Part shown: positions 1-10,408 of the stretch, in pieces
Position numbering within the stretch: position 1 is the stretch's first letter
Layout of the letters: every line of letters begins with the position of its first letter
Notes under the pieces: generated by a model
The model's input: only the letters and a program-made list of their open reading frames with translations
Told to the model about the DNA's origin: nothing
Databases searched by the model: none
Made by a program: the position numbers and the translations under genes
Virus record (IMG/VR): IMGVR_UViG_3300025282_000024
Strand: one strand, 5' to 3'
Length of the DNA stretch: 64,000 nucleotides
DNA from: a virus

Positions 1-331
1 TTCCGCTAGTATCATAAGGAACCAAAACTTGAGCCATTTGATCATAAATATTCCTTTTCTTTGTATATTGCGCGGCGGTACTAAAATCAGCACTAGTAAA
101 GTTAACAGATTCAGCGCTAATACCAACAGTAATATCAAAAATATGATTTGCAGAAGAACTTAAATAAGGATAATCATATACTGACTGAAACATGCCATGA
201 GCATATGTTTTAATATTATTATCAGAATAAGTTCCTGAAGCAATCGTACCAGTAACTGGAATTGCCTCGTGAAGTAGCGTTCTTGTTGTCGCCACATCGT
301 TATTCAAAAGTGTCTTAAATGTAGTTGCCAT
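1..331 (-). CDS. Putative virion/baseplate protein, 5' part only (runs off the window edge; absent from the ORF track)
   Basis: ATG at 331 preceded by an AAGGAAGG SD-like sequence. Manually translated open frame MATTFKTLLNNDVATTRTLLHEAIPVTGTIASGTYSDNNIKTYAHGMFQSVYDYPYLSSSANHIFDITVG... has no stop before the edge. It follows the structural operon. Confidence 0.85.
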   Translation of the reverse strand, partial: MATTFKTLLNNDVATTRTLLHEAIPVTGTIASGTYSDNNIKTYAHGMFQSVYDYPYLSSSANHIFDITVGISAESVNFTSADFSTAAQYTKKRNIYDQMAQVLVPYDTSG

Positions 332-346
332 GTTTTTCCTTCCTTT

Positions 347-1321
347 TTATTGCTTTTTGACAAAACGAACTGGTATGTCGATTCTGTATCCTGTTGTTGC
401 CCCAGTAACTCTAACAATAGTATCAATATAATAGAACGTTGTGGCGTCAGGTGCACCCACCGCAAATGTGCTACCAAGCCTTTCAAATAAGTAAGTGCTA
501 GTTCTCAAATTGGTTGAAGCTTTTATTTTAAAAGCGCAATGTGTTCCTCTTGGGCCAGCAATTGCCGTATTAATAAGGTCATTGGTAACTTGATCAGTGT
601 CGGCGGCAAGAGGAGCTACATCAGTACTTTTCACAAAATCACCAGTCGACAAATAATAGCTAGCAACATTATCATCATCTATAAAAGAAAACGCTGTGGT
701 TTTGCCAACCGTTTGTCCACCATCCAAAGTCTGCGGATCTGCAGTCGTTAGCGAGCCCAGCCTATTATCTATTTCTACAATGTATTGATTTTCCTGTAGC
801 TCTGCGTCGATCTTATAAGCATTAGATATCTCTGTTGTGTTTAGCCCCTGATCAACGCGGATATTTGTAATTTTGTCAGATGGCTTGGCTCCCGGGTCAT
901 TCCCTGGAATATAATTACCTAAAGCATTATTTGCAAATAATGTTGAGGTTGCCGCATCTACAGACACAACAAACGATCCGGACCCAACATTGGAATTCCA
1001 TTGTGTAAAATTCATCTTCTGATTTAATGCAACAACTGGCAAGTAAAGAATATTATTATTTGTTAGCGTAATCAGCTTAGATTTCATATTTGCAGTGTTG
1101 TTAGTAAAAGCTTCTAAAACCGGTGATTGGAGAATTTCTATATCGTAATAGGCAGAGCCGCTACTATTCGTCGCGTCGTAATTGCTATAATCAATTTCAT
1201 CATCTCCAAACGCATATTTTGTGATTCTGAAAGAACCATCGCCCTCGGCCAATCTTTTTCGACCCGCATCCGTTAGTACCGCATCCAATATGATATCGCC
1301 ACTATTATCTAAATATGCCAT
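347..1321 (-). CDS. Putative baseplate/tail-fibre attachment structural protein
   Basis: 324 aa with SD AAAAGGAG. N-terminal LTDAGRKRLA...ITKYAFGDDEIDY resembles the N-termini of tail-collar/fibre-attachment proteins. Function inferred from context. Confidence 0.6.
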   Translation of the reverse strand: MAYLDNSGDIILDAVLTDAGRKRLAEGDGSFRITKYAFGDDEIDYSNYDATNSSGSAYYDIEILQSPVLEAFTNNTANMKSKLITLTNNNILYLPVVALNQKMNFTQWNSNVGSGSFVVSVDAATSTLFANNALGNYIPGNDPGAKPSDKITNIRVDQGLNTTEISNAYKIDAELQENQYIVEIDNRLGSLTTADPQTLDGGQTVGKTTAFSFIDDDNVASYYLSTGDFVKSTDVAPLAADTDQVTNDLINTAIAGPRGTHCAFKIKASTNLRTSTYLFERLGSTFAVGAPDATTFYYIDTIVRVTGATTGYRIDIPVRFVKKQ

Positions 1322-1342
1322 AATAATACTCCTTTTCCATAA

Positions 1343-1350
1343 TTAAATAG
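1343..1350 (-). promoter_or_regulatory. Putative late promoter motif CTATTTAA
   Basis: Member of the recurrent CTAHTTAW motif; ends 21 nt upstream of the ATG at 1321. Confidence 0.5.
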
Positions 1351-1381
1351 TTACTTTTTGTTGTTTTTTCAATTCTTTATT

Positions 1382-4300
1382 TTAACATTTTCCTGAGCTG
1401 TGTATATTTGGCTCGCCACTTGAAGATTCATTTTCTTTTTGAATTTTAGCAACATCCTTCACAGTTAAATTCAAATCAAATTTCTTACCCGTCTTTTTAC
1501 TTGTAAATCTAAATTTAAATGTTTTGCCCCACACTGATTTATCCAGCTCAGGATCTCCAATCATTTTATCCAAGTCGCCACTATTAACTAGCCCAACTGA
1601 ACCATCCTTATAATTTTCTAAAGCATCCTCGTCAAGAACTCTTTGTTCCATGGTGGGCCCAATTCGAATATATTTCATAAAACTCTTTGTAGGATCATTT
1701 GCTTTTTTATCTTGCAACTCATTCATGAAAAACATTTTAAATATTGTATAAGGGGCCTCGCCATCTTTGTCTACAATTCTAGCCAAATATACTGGGGATG
1801 GATTAGAATAATTGCCATGTGTATCTATTTCTCTAAATATGTAATAATAATCTTTATTTGTTTTTAATGTATCATCGATATACCCAAGATTTGATAGACC
1901 TTCACCAACAGCCGCTATTCTTGTTTCACTAGTCGGCGTAAAGTCTTGATATGATTTGGGTTTTTTATCAATTCTTAATATTTCTATAGAGCCACAAAAG
2001 TCATCTCCAGAGTAAGTAATTGGCCCCTTCATTTTTCTCTGGTTTATTCTTGTCTTAACTTGTGTGGTTTCTTCATCTTTGTTCATGAGAATATGAGTTT
2101 TTCCCTCATTGCCTCCAACTCCAGGTACCAAAACTTTATCAAGAGATATGGGATATAAATCATATTCTCCAATATTAAAATTACAATTTATTAATACTTT
2201 GTCAGTTTCCCCATATAACGGCAGGAATGATACATCTGGAAATATTGGTGGCTTATCCCAAACCAGTGTTGTTTCGAGAGATGTCAAAAAATAAGATGCT
2301 TCGTAATTTGTGGCTTTCTCTCCCGGAAGATAAACAGTATTGTTGGCAGACGCAATTGTATTATAATACGGAACTCTAATTAAATGTACGTCTGGTTTAT
2401 AATTGTAGTATAAATCAAGACCTTGGCCTGGGAAAAGAAAATTCGGCCCACTTATGACTTCACTTTGATATTGTGTGCCAATGACAAAAGTGTGTGCATA
2501 AACTTGATAGTAATACCCCTTATCATATTTAACTTGTGTGTCAATATATTTTGCTGTATCGATGCCTGGAATATTTGGAATGAAAAAGCTTTGTATAAAT
2601 GATTTAGTTTTTGTATTGAGTTTTCCTGGGTTGGGGCCGCCCACCGGAGCATAAGAAAAATTCTCACCGGTCTTTTCTTCTTCAGAACTGCCCACGCTAT
2701 TGCCTGGAGAATATGGTGCTTCTTCAAAATCAGCATCTGTCCAAGCTTTATATTTGACAACTTCATAAAATAAAACTTCAGAATATGCTTTTTTGCCTTG
2801 ATATATATCTTTTACGCTTCTTACTCTTTCATTAATAAATTTATTTATTTTTGTCTTTGCAGCTATCCATTTTAAAAACGAGAGGGGAGCACCAGCAGAT
2901 TTAGGAGGAGCTTTTCCAAAAACAACAGGTTTTAATATGCTGATGTCGTCAGACAATACCCCTCCTTTTAATTTTTTTAATTGTGCGATATAGTCAGCAC
3001 CGCTACCTTCATTATTTATCCAATCATAATATTGAGGAGGGAGGCCTGCAAAATTATTTGCTAGCCTCTTCATCGTGTTTTTTGCCCATTCTCCATCGGT
3101 ATGGTATGCAGGGGATGCATCTAAATCCAACAAAAGGTCAGTTTCTAGAAAATCATTTAACCAAAGATGCAACAATGTTTCGTTAAACATTGTATTTTGT
3201 TCCGGTTGTACATCTCCTTTCACAATTTGATTATCTTTTCTTATTACACATGTTTCATTCAGGGTGGTCGATGCATAAAGTGTAATATCGTCATAAAATT
3301 TTTGGACTTTTTCAGTAAGCGCGTCTTCGCTAGCGTTACAAACGGTGTATGTGGCCGCCATAACATTTTGCATAAAAATATCAGTTAAGCCGCTCTCATA
3401 CAAAACGTTACCTACATAGCCGCTGTTGGCCATCGGTAAATTAATATCGACATAAAAGGGAAACATCTTTTTTAATTTATCTGCCTCATCTACAAAATCT
3501 TTCATTTTATATGCAGAGACGCCAACAACATTGTATTTCTTTTCTTTAATTGAATATTGAGAACCTTTAATGCCCCCCTTATAGAAGTTGGTACCACACG
3601 CATCTCCGGTATTATATTTATCGAAGGCGCCGCATGCAGGCTCATTTAATGTGCCCATAGTGCTTACCCAAGAGTTTAAATAATCAGCAATATTTTTAAC
3701 TGGTCCATTATTTGTATCTTGTTTCTTAGTACCTACAGACAGATATTGTCCCAAAGTGCCAGCTAAGAATTTATAGGTCGCAGGAGCAACTGGGATCGGT
3801 GGCCACGTTTGGTCTTCGTAAGGGCCATCAATATATAAAGAACCATTTTCTTTTTTACAATATTTAAACAGATCGGTAGGCATCCATGAACCCTGGTCAG
3901 AATAACGAAAATATTGTTCTTCAGAAATTTGATCATAAATCAAGGCATATATGTTTGGAAGAAGCTGTTCTGGTATAGGCGACAAATCGGCATCGCTAAC
4001 ATATGACTCATGAGGCACTTTTATTGGCATATTATCTGAGGTAGGATAATCAGAAATTGCTTTCTCATAGGGCAATAAATAAAAATTATAATGACCTTGA
4101 ATTTTCACTGGAGATGATAATCCCAGATCCTCGCCAACGTTTGCTTGGTATGCGTTTTCTAGAAATGGCTTTTTAATTTCAAAAGTCGCATCTCTATATG
4201 AGTGGCCGCTGTAGTTTTTTGGAGCAAGTATACTCAAAGCATCATTATTGTCGGGGTCAGGGGCAGACAATTTTTCCCATTTCTCCCCGTTCTCATTTCC

Positions 4301-5086
4301 ACTAAACTGTTTTAAGTTTTCGAAAGCAGGATTGTCCCCAGCATTATAAGTTTTAAGGCGAAGGAGTTCGTTCATCAATAGAAGTCTAGATTTATATTGG
4401 CCCGCCTGGTCGGGCCCGGGCTTGTGAAGCTTTGAGGAAGAATATAATCCGTTTTTCCATGCAGCCGAATTATTGTCTGCAAAAGATCCCAACGACTGAA
4501 GATCGTATGTATTAGATGCATGAGGGGCGCCAATACTAAGGGCACCAATTGGGGACTTTTCTACCAAATAAGATATTTTAGCGGCTGCTCGAAGCGGATC
4601 CGCAGTATCTGAGGGGGCCGGCGGATTAAAGATATCTACCTGATCGCTATTTTTATAACGTGTTTTGTTTTTTAGCATAGGAAAACCGCCCGGGAATTCC
4701 AATTCGCCTGCTGCCTGTTGCGCAACATCAAAAGCAACATATTCAAGAGAAGCAACATTTTCTGGATCCACAGACATATTCCATGGAAACCATGACTCCG
4801 CAAGGCCCGGAGGAACTTTCCAACCTTTTTTCCATGGAAAGGTTGCGAAGGGCCCTTTTACGTGGGCGGCGCCGGCGGCAGAAACAAGTGAATAATCTCC
4901 ATATATTTCGCCCACCGTTTCTTCGGGGTTGCCTCCCTCAAGATTCATAGTTCTAAAGGGCGTATTAAATGGCACCACCAATATAGTAGATTGTGGGGAC
5001 TTCATAGAAGAGAGCTGATTATCAGGTTTCTCAAAAAGATCAACCTCTACCATTTCGCCTGTTTCTGGGTCTTTGTACCAAGCCAT
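1382..5086 (-). CDS. Large putative virion protein with C-terminal FN3/Ig-like motifs
   Basis: 1234-aa ORF. YIDTQVKYDKGYYYQVYA and YIDDTLKTNKDYYYIFREIDTHGNYSNPS resemble FN3 D-x(6-7)-Y-x-Y strands. Lies in the structural operon. Confidence 0.55.
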   Translation of the reverse strand: MAWYKDPETGEMVEVDLFEKPDNQLSSMKSPQSTILVVPFNTPFRTMNLEGGNPEETVGEIYGDYSLVSAAGAAHVKGPFATFPWKKGWKVPPGLAESWFPWNMSVDPENVASLEYVAFDVAQQAAGELEFPGGFPMLKNKTRYKNSDQVDIFNPPAPSDTADPLRAAAKISYLVEKSPIGALSIGAPHASNTYDLQSLGSFADNNSAAWKNGLYSSSKLHKPGPDQAGQYKSRLLLMNELLRLKTYNAGDNPAFENLKQFSGNENGEKWEKLSAPDPDNNDALSILAPKNYSGHSYRDATFEIKKPFLENAYQANVGEDLGLSSPVKIQGHYNFYLLPYEKAISDYPTSDNMPIKVPHESYVSDADLSPIPEQLLPNIYALIYDQISEEQYFRYSDQGSWMPTDLFKYCKKENGSLYIDGPYEDQTWPPIPVAPATYKFLAGTLGQYLSVGTKKQDTNNGPVKNIADYLNSWVSTMGTLNEPACGAFDKYNTGDACGTNFYKGGIKGSQYSIKEKKYNVVGVSAYKMKDFVDEADKLKKMFPFYVDINLPMANSGYVGNVLYESGLTDIFMQNVMAATYTVCNASEDALTEKVQKFYDDITLYASTTLNETCVIRKDNQIVKGDVQPEQNTMFNETLLHLWLNDFLETDLLLDLDASPAYHTDGEWAKNTMKRLANNFAGLPPQYYDWINNEGSGADYIAQLKKLKGGVLSDDISILKPVVFGKAPPKSAGAPLSFLKWIAAKTKINKFINERVRSVKDIYQGKKAYSEVLFYEVVKYKAWTDADFEEAPYSPGNSVGSSEEEKTGENFSYAPVGGPNPGKLNTKTKSFIQSFFIPNIPGIDTAKYIDTQVKYDKGYYYQVYAHTFVIGTQYQSEVISGPNFLFPGQGLDLYYNYKPDVHLIRVPYYNTIASANNTVYLPGEKATNYEASYFLTSLETTLVWDKPPIFPDVSFLPLYGETDKVLINCNFNIGEYDLYPISLDKVLVPGVGGNEGKTHILMNKDEETTQVKTRINQRKMKGPITYSGDDFCGSIEILRIDKKPKSYQDFTPTSETRIAAVGEGLSNLGYIDDTLKTNKDYYYIFREIDTHGNYSNPSPVYLARIVDKDGEAPYTIFKMFFMNELQDKKANDPTKSFMKYIRIGPTMEQRVLDEDALENYKDGSVGLVNSGDLDKMIGDPELDKSVWGKTFKFRFTSKKTGKKFDLNLTVKDVAKIQKENESSSGEPNIHSSGKC

Positions 5087-5090
5087 TTAT

Positions 5091-5300
5091 TTAGTAGGCT
5101 CCTCCATCATCATTTTGCATGTCTACGGGGTTAGTACCATAGCTTTCCTCATCAACGCCAATAAAATCAAAGCTAGCCATTTGTTCTTGAAGGCTTTTAT
5201 TGGTTTCGGGAACATCAAACATGAAGCCGGTGCAAACATATTCTGCTCCCATTTTCGCAAGCTCTTGCGGATTTTTTAAGTTTACTATACTCAAAGCCAT
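5091..5300 (-). CDS. Small acidic hypothetical protein
   Basis: 69 aa, strong SD AAGGAG before ATG, fills the gap between two large genes. Confidence 0.7.
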   Translation of the reverse strand: MALSIVNLKNPQELAKMGAEYVCTGFMFDVPETNKSLQEQMASFDFIGVDEESYGTNPVDMQNDDGGAY

Positions 5301-5315
5301 TTTTAAACTCCTTTT

Positions 5316-8300
5316 TTAAAAATTGTAATTATCAGTGTTTGGGCTAGCTTGCTGGGCCTGATTCATTTCATTATCTGCGGCGTCGTTGACGGTAGGTTGC
5401 AGGGGCTCATTAGCATCAACTTCTCCGATGCCACCTACTGAAGGCGATAAATCTTTTAAAGATGTATCAACCATTTGCATTCCCGGCGCTCCAGCTGATA
5501 TTTTTTTGTCTGGAAACTTATCTATATATGCATTGCTTGCCAAATTTTCTATTTGATGTTGTGTAGTGAGAAGAAAGTGCCCATCATATACTTGCATATC
5601 TAAAACTTCATATGCCTTTGTGTTAAAAATATCATATTTCCTTTTAACTAGCCTACACAACAAATGAACACTAGAGCCTTTAGCCGTTGCCTGATCGACA
5701 GCTGCATTTATAGCATTTAATTTAGTAAGAGTCAGCGGCTCCCATATGGGGGCTTTCGCGGATGCATTAAACACTTCCTCATATTTTTTAGCGTTACCGT
5801 CTGGATTTGAAACGGATTTGGGAATATCTTTAACTCCCTCATAGCCAGCCAAATATTGCACTTCTACTACATTCATATGATTAAACCAAAATTGACCAAA
5901 CTTATCTATTTTTAGATCCTGATTTTGAATATCTTGGTTTGAGGGAACAATGCCAGCTGGCTTTTCATAAAGCTGTGGGTTGCCCCCATGTAAATAATAA
6001 CGAAAATCTGGATTTACTTGAAGCTCTTCGGCAGGAGAAACAAAGTTCTCCAAAGAAACCCTGCTTTCAAGGTTAAGATTCGCAATAAGAGCTAGCGCCT
6101 GGAAAGGTAATTCTTGAAGTTTTCCTGCGGTGTCACCCAGAACTTGCATGTAGAGGGTATCCAAAAAGACACCACCCACCCCAGGAGATTTATGAGCGAA
6201 TATACTATTATATAAGTTATTCACATATTTATATAAAATGCTTTTTTCTAACATAGGATCGAAAGAACCCAGTTTCGCATCTAAAACTGTTGGGGCAATA
6301 AAAGTCCCGTTAATCAAAGATAACAATAATTTTTCTTGACCATAATTTTGAGCCCATGGCACGTGCATAATTTTTAGTAGTTGATCTGATGGCATTGCAT
6401 TCTCTAAGTTTTCAAGCGTAGCATTACTTGGTAACGGATCATTCACACCACTATCCCAAGAAAATTGTTCATTGGGGGCGCCTTCAGCGTCACCTATTAA
6501 TTTATTTTCACTTGCGGCCAAATCAGTAGCTGTTAGTGGATCAACAACAGAATCTTGAGGAAAATATATTCCCCTATATGCCAAGGTTTGATATTCCTTT
6601 AATATTCTTTCCATCTGATCGTTGATACCCAAACTTCCATCTATTTTATCATCCGGCCCATATCCTAATTTATGGTCGGAGTTTGTATCGCCATATAATC
6701 CCATTTTATATCGAAGTATATTATTAACAACCATCCAATATTCATTCTCATTGTTGGACTGATGATCAACAATATATTTAGGCAAATGAGTTCCGCCAAT
6801 TGGAACCTTAAGGTGCATACCAATCGAAGGCATGAGATTTAAATTCAACTTTTGGTTTGATTGTGGGCCATGATAAGCTGGAATTTTAACCGGCAAAACA
6901 AATGGCCCTCCATTAAAATTTGGAAAATATTGATTAAATTCATTCAGGCATCGCGTTATATAATTATTAGATAACATCGCCTTAAGCCCAATTTGAGCTG
7001 TTGTCTTATTAGGTAAAGGAGAGGGCGTTGTCCCAACCAAAAAGTCATATCCTCCGTCAGAATGTGTGGTGTGCACCAGTTCTGTCGGTTTTTTAAAAGT
7101 ATGTTCTACTTTGATTTTTTTTGTTGGAGAAGAGTGTAGAGGCATGCCTCCGAAAGCTTTTGGCTCAGGATTAGAAAAAGAATGTACTTTAGGAATCTGT
7201 ACAGTAGAATATGAATTAATAATTGATTTTATTTTGTCAGCTACTAAAATTAATATTTCGCTAAATACATTAAAAGATTCCGGGCTTCCGGTATATACGT
7301 CTAGGAGGTCGGTCAAATCCTCAACTTGAAACATTGGCTTTTTTTGTGCAAGCATTGAAAAACTCTTAACAGCTTCAGCTGCGCTAATAATTGCGCCATG
7401 AGTATTTAGTGTGGACCACCCCTCTTTTTCAAATGTCTGTTGTGCTAACTTGGTAAACTGACCGGTCTGAGAATTGAAAATAGTATTTTGCCCAAATGAG
7501 CTGTGGATCGGATTGTAACCACCGTTAGCAAAACTAACCATAGGCTTCAATTTACTAATTGCAAAAGTAATTTGATTATAAAAATTGAAAAAATAATTTA
7601 ATGTTGGGTCAGTTACTTCAACCTCCAAAGAATATTCAAAAACTCCACGACTTATATTTTGAATATCATAATCTGTAAAAGTATAATAGGTTATGTGGGA
7701 TGCATTTGCGGCGCTGTTAGAAGTAGAATTTTCTATCTTTACTGGAGCCAGCGCTGATTTTACGGGGGGATCATATTCTAAAATAAGCTCTTCTTTTTTA
7801 ACATTAGCATTCCCCAGCTGTCCGGTATAATATATGTTAGGGAACCCATCATATATTAATTTTCTACCCGTATCATTGACCACATCACTTGAACCAACGG
7901 TGTCAACTCTTTTTCTATAAATCTTAAAAGATTTTATATTTGGTACACCATTATTAACTAAAAAGCCGGTCGCAAAAGACCCTCCGCCCAAGTTCGATAA
8001 TTTATCTAAAAGGCTTGGCATCATACAATATTTTTTTATTAACTTTCCCCAGTCAATAGAAAATAATAATTTACTTTGTCTTTTTGTATTGACTGTAGAT
8101 ATTAAATCTCCGAAGCAAGCCAGGTTACTAAAATCAGCAGCGGCGACTTGTGTGAGTTGATTATTAACATAATTCCCCCCAAAGATAAGACCTTTTTCAG
8201 CATCAAAATTAAAAATTTGTTTCTTTATTTCTGCTACCTGTCTGAAATCTTGCACACTACTATTGTTCACCATTACGTAATCTAAATAAGGTTGTGCAGT

Positions 8301-9269
8301 TTCCGGATCGTGCTGATTGCCAGCCATAAATCTGTCGTCATGTTTGTGGGCTCCTCCAAACCAAAGCGTCCCCATTATCTTGTCAAATTTATTGTTTTCT
8401 TGATCTGTTGATATAAAAAATACCATCCCTTGTTTCGGGATTGTAGAATTTTTAATGATAACAGAGCTAGCCACTCTTCCGTGCTTGGGATCCCAAAACT
8501 CAAACTCGCCTCCAGTAGCGTCTTCCAAATCCTCTAACATGCTCGATATATCCAACCTACATATTGCAATTGCTGCTAAATCAGATGGAAACGCAAGCCC
8601 TACTAATTCTTGTTTAATTTTAACTGGAATTTTATAGATTGTTCTTCCATCAGGCATAATATGTTGATATTTTTGTTTAATAAAATCTCTTTTGTTTTGG
8701 AGGCCGGCCTGAGCGTCTCCTAGTGTATTCATCGAATTTTCAACAATGTTGTCAAGTGTCCGGGAAGTGTATTTAAAATCCATATTATTGATTAATTGGA
8801 ATGGATGTGATGGTGGCCACTTAGGGCTTCCATCTTCTGTTTTATTGCCATCTAAATAAGCTAGCATGGTGCCTGGTATCGAAAAGCCAAATTTTTCTTT
8901 ATCTTTTTTTGATATATAATGTTGATAGGCTGCTTTGCCTTTTTCATTCTTAAAAGTTATAAGTTGAACTTTTACATATTTAAAAATGTCATCGACAAAC
9001 ATGCCCAAATCGTCAAATAATTCTTCCACTTCTAGAAGCAAATCATATGTTACAATCAATTTATTAGAAGAGGTAAAATCGGAGGCTGTAGGATCGCTAG
9101 TCCAGCCGCCGCTTCCTTCAGCCCTTTTATCAATATGCGCATCAATTGCCGACTCTCTATTTGCAGCAATCTCGTTTAAAGCGGCGCTCGCACCCTCAAG
9201 AGTAACTTTATTAATATAAATGTTTGGTAGTATAGAATTTACCAAGCCGTTAAAACTAAAATTTGCCAT
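5316..9269 (-). CDS. Large hypothetical virion-associated protein
   Basis: 1317-aa ORF, TAATG-coupled to the upstream gene. One FN3-like strand (YTFTDYDIQNISRGVFEYSLEVEV). No family recognised. Confidence 0.6.
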   Translation of the reverse strand: MANFSFNGLVNSILPNIYINKVTLEGASAALNEIAANRESAIDAHIDKRAEGSGGWTSDPTASDFTSSNKLIVTYDLLLEVEELFDDLGMFVDDIFKYVKVQLITFKNEKGKAAYQHYISKKDKEKFGFSIPGTMLAYLDGNKTEDGSPKWPPSHPFQLINNMDFKYTSRTLDNIVENSMNTLGDAQAGLQNKRDFIKQKYQHIMPDGRTIYKIPVKIKQELVGLAFPSDLAAIAICRLDISSMLEDLEDATGGEFEFWDPKHGRVASSVIIKNSTIPKQGMVFFISTDQENNKFDKIMGTLWFGGAHKHDDRFMAGNQHDPETAQPYLDYVMVNNSSVQDFRQVAEIKKQIFNFDAEKGLIFGGNYVNNQLTQVAAADFSNLACFGDLISTVNTKRQSKLLFSIDWGKLIKKYCMMPSLLDKLSNLGGGSFATGFLVNNGVPNIKSFKIYRKRVDTVGSSDVVNDTGRKLIYDGFPNIYYTGQLGNANVKKEELILEYDPPVKSALAPVKIENSTSNSAANASHITYYTFTDYDIQNISRGVFEYSLEVEVTDPTLNYFFNFYNQITFAISKLKPMVSFANGGYNPIHSSFGQNTIFNSQTGQFTKLAQQTFEKEGWSTLNTHGAIISAAEAVKSFSMLAQKKPMFQVEDLTDLLDVYTGSPESFNVFSEILILVADKIKSIINSYSTVQIPKVHSFSNPEPKAFGGMPLHSSPTKKIKVEHTFKKPTELVHTTHSDGGYDFLVGTTPSPLPNKTTAQIGLKAMLSNNYITRCLNEFNQYFPNFNGGPFVLPVKIPAYHGPQSNQKLNLNLMPSIGMHLKVPIGGTHLPKYIVDHQSNNENEYWMVVNNILRYKMGLYGDTNSDHKLGYGPDDKIDGSLGINDQMERILKEYQTLAYRGIYFPQDSVVDPLTATDLAASENKLIGDAEGAPNEQFSWDSGVNDPLPSNATLENLENAMPSDQLLKIMHVPWAQNYGQEKLLLSLINGTFIAPTVLDAKLGSFDPMLEKSILYKYVNNLYNSIFAHKSPGVGGVFLDTLYMQVLGDTAGKLQELPFQALALIANLNLESRVSLENFVSPAEELQVNPDFRYYLHGGNPQLYEKPAGIVPSNQDIQNQDLKIDKFGQFWFNHMNVVEVQYLAGYEGVKDIPKSVSNPDGNAKKYEEVFNASAKAPIWEPLTLTKLNAINAAVDQATAKGSSVHLLCRLVKRKYDIFNTKAYEVLDMQVYDGHFLLTTQHQIENLASNAYIDKFPDKKISAGAPGMQMVDTSLKDLSPSVGGIGEVDANEPLQPTVNDAADNEMNQAQQASPNTDNYNF

Positions 9270-10354
9270 TATTCACACGCATCCTCTATATCCACTATAT
9301 TCTGATTCTCGGCAGTGCCATATATATTAACGGGAGTGCCTTGGGGGCCAAGTGTATCATTACAATTAAATATCTTATCGATAAAGATATTTTTAACTTT
9401 ATCTTGAGTGTTTTGCAGATGACAAAATTCTTCTTCATCAATTTCAAAATCAACATCAATATCAAAATAATATTCAACATTCTTATCAGTAATGGCCCCG
9501 TTCTCATTAACAAAATATAATCTTTCTAAAATTTCAGGGCTTGTACCAACTGCATTGGAGGTAACCATATAAACTTCTAATTCAAAATTTTCTTTTTTGA
9601 ATTCCGTATTTGCCTCTTCAACTTTTAACATGGCGAAATCACCCAAAACCATAACATAAGAATCATCCATGAGCTTATATGGAGTATTTAGTCCATCTTC
9701 CGATAGGTGCATCTCCGCCTCTGTGGGCACTAAATCATATATTTCTGCAGGGATTTCATCTAAGTCCTTATAATTGGGGTCTGGAGGGTAAAAGCATGCC
9801 TTATACTTAATATCACACCCTAATTGAGGAATAAAAGTTGTAGGTACTGTAGTTGAGCCAGTATAAGAAGCGTTTGCAGATCCTGTCCATGCATAATCTA
9901 CAGAAATTAATTCTGCTTTATAAAACCCCACATCCCAAGCAGCTATATTATTTGAATTATATGCGGAACTGCCAATTGGGTTCATATAAATATAAGAGCT
10001 ATCTGGCGTTTCAAGAAGAAAATCAGAAGCTTCTTTCTGAGATGCAGCAACCACTCCGGGCATCAAATTATTAACATGTGTGCCATCCTCAGAAAATACT
10101 CCGACTTCGGCGGCCCTATAAATACTTTGAGGATGCAACCTTGGAGTCTCCTCTTGAATTCTCCCTTCGATATTATTTTGTAATTCAGCATCTGGGCGGG
10201 TCGACCCTGTGCCAACAAACTGTATATCATAAATTATATCATCATCAAAAAAAGCATATTGATGGGGCTTAAGTTTTCCTAACGAAAGCAAATATCTACC
10301 ATAGGATGTTAATTCTAGATTTAATGTTTCTTCTTTTGGATTCGCATATATCAT
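9269..10354 (-). CDS. Putative baseplate structural protein (N-terminus similar to 347..1321)
   Basis: 361 aa. LTSYGRYLLSLG...YAFFDDDIIYD parallels LTDAGRKRLAEG...YAFGDDEIDY. Confidence 0.6.
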   Translation of the reverse strand: MIYANPKEETLNLELTSYGRYLLSLGKLKPHQYAFFDDDIIYDIQFVGTGSTRPDAELQNNIEGRIQEETPRLHPQSIYRAAEVGVFSEDGTHVNNLMPGVVAASQKEASDFLLETPDSSYIYMNPIGSSAYNSNNIAAWDVGFYKAELISVDYAWTGSANASYTGSTTVPTTFIPQLGCDIKYKACFYPPDPNYKDLDEIPAEIYDLVPTEAEMHLSEDGLNTPYKLMDDSYVMVLGDFAMLKVEEANTEFKKENFELEVYMVTSNAVGTSPEILERLYFVNENGAITDKNVEYYFDIDVDFEIDEEEFCHLQNTQDKVKNIFIDKIFNCNDTLGPQGTPVNIYGTAENQNIVDIEDACE

Positions 10355-10368
10355 TTGGATATCCCTTA

Positions 10369-10376
10369 ATAAATAG
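10369..10376 (-). promoter_or_regulatory. Putative late promoter motif CTATTTAT
   Basis: Recurrent motif in a short intergenic gap, 14 nt upstream of the ATG at 10354. Confidence 0.55.
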
Positions 10377-10408
10377 GTCTTTTATTATTTTGTTTGTTTT
10401 TCAAAAAA

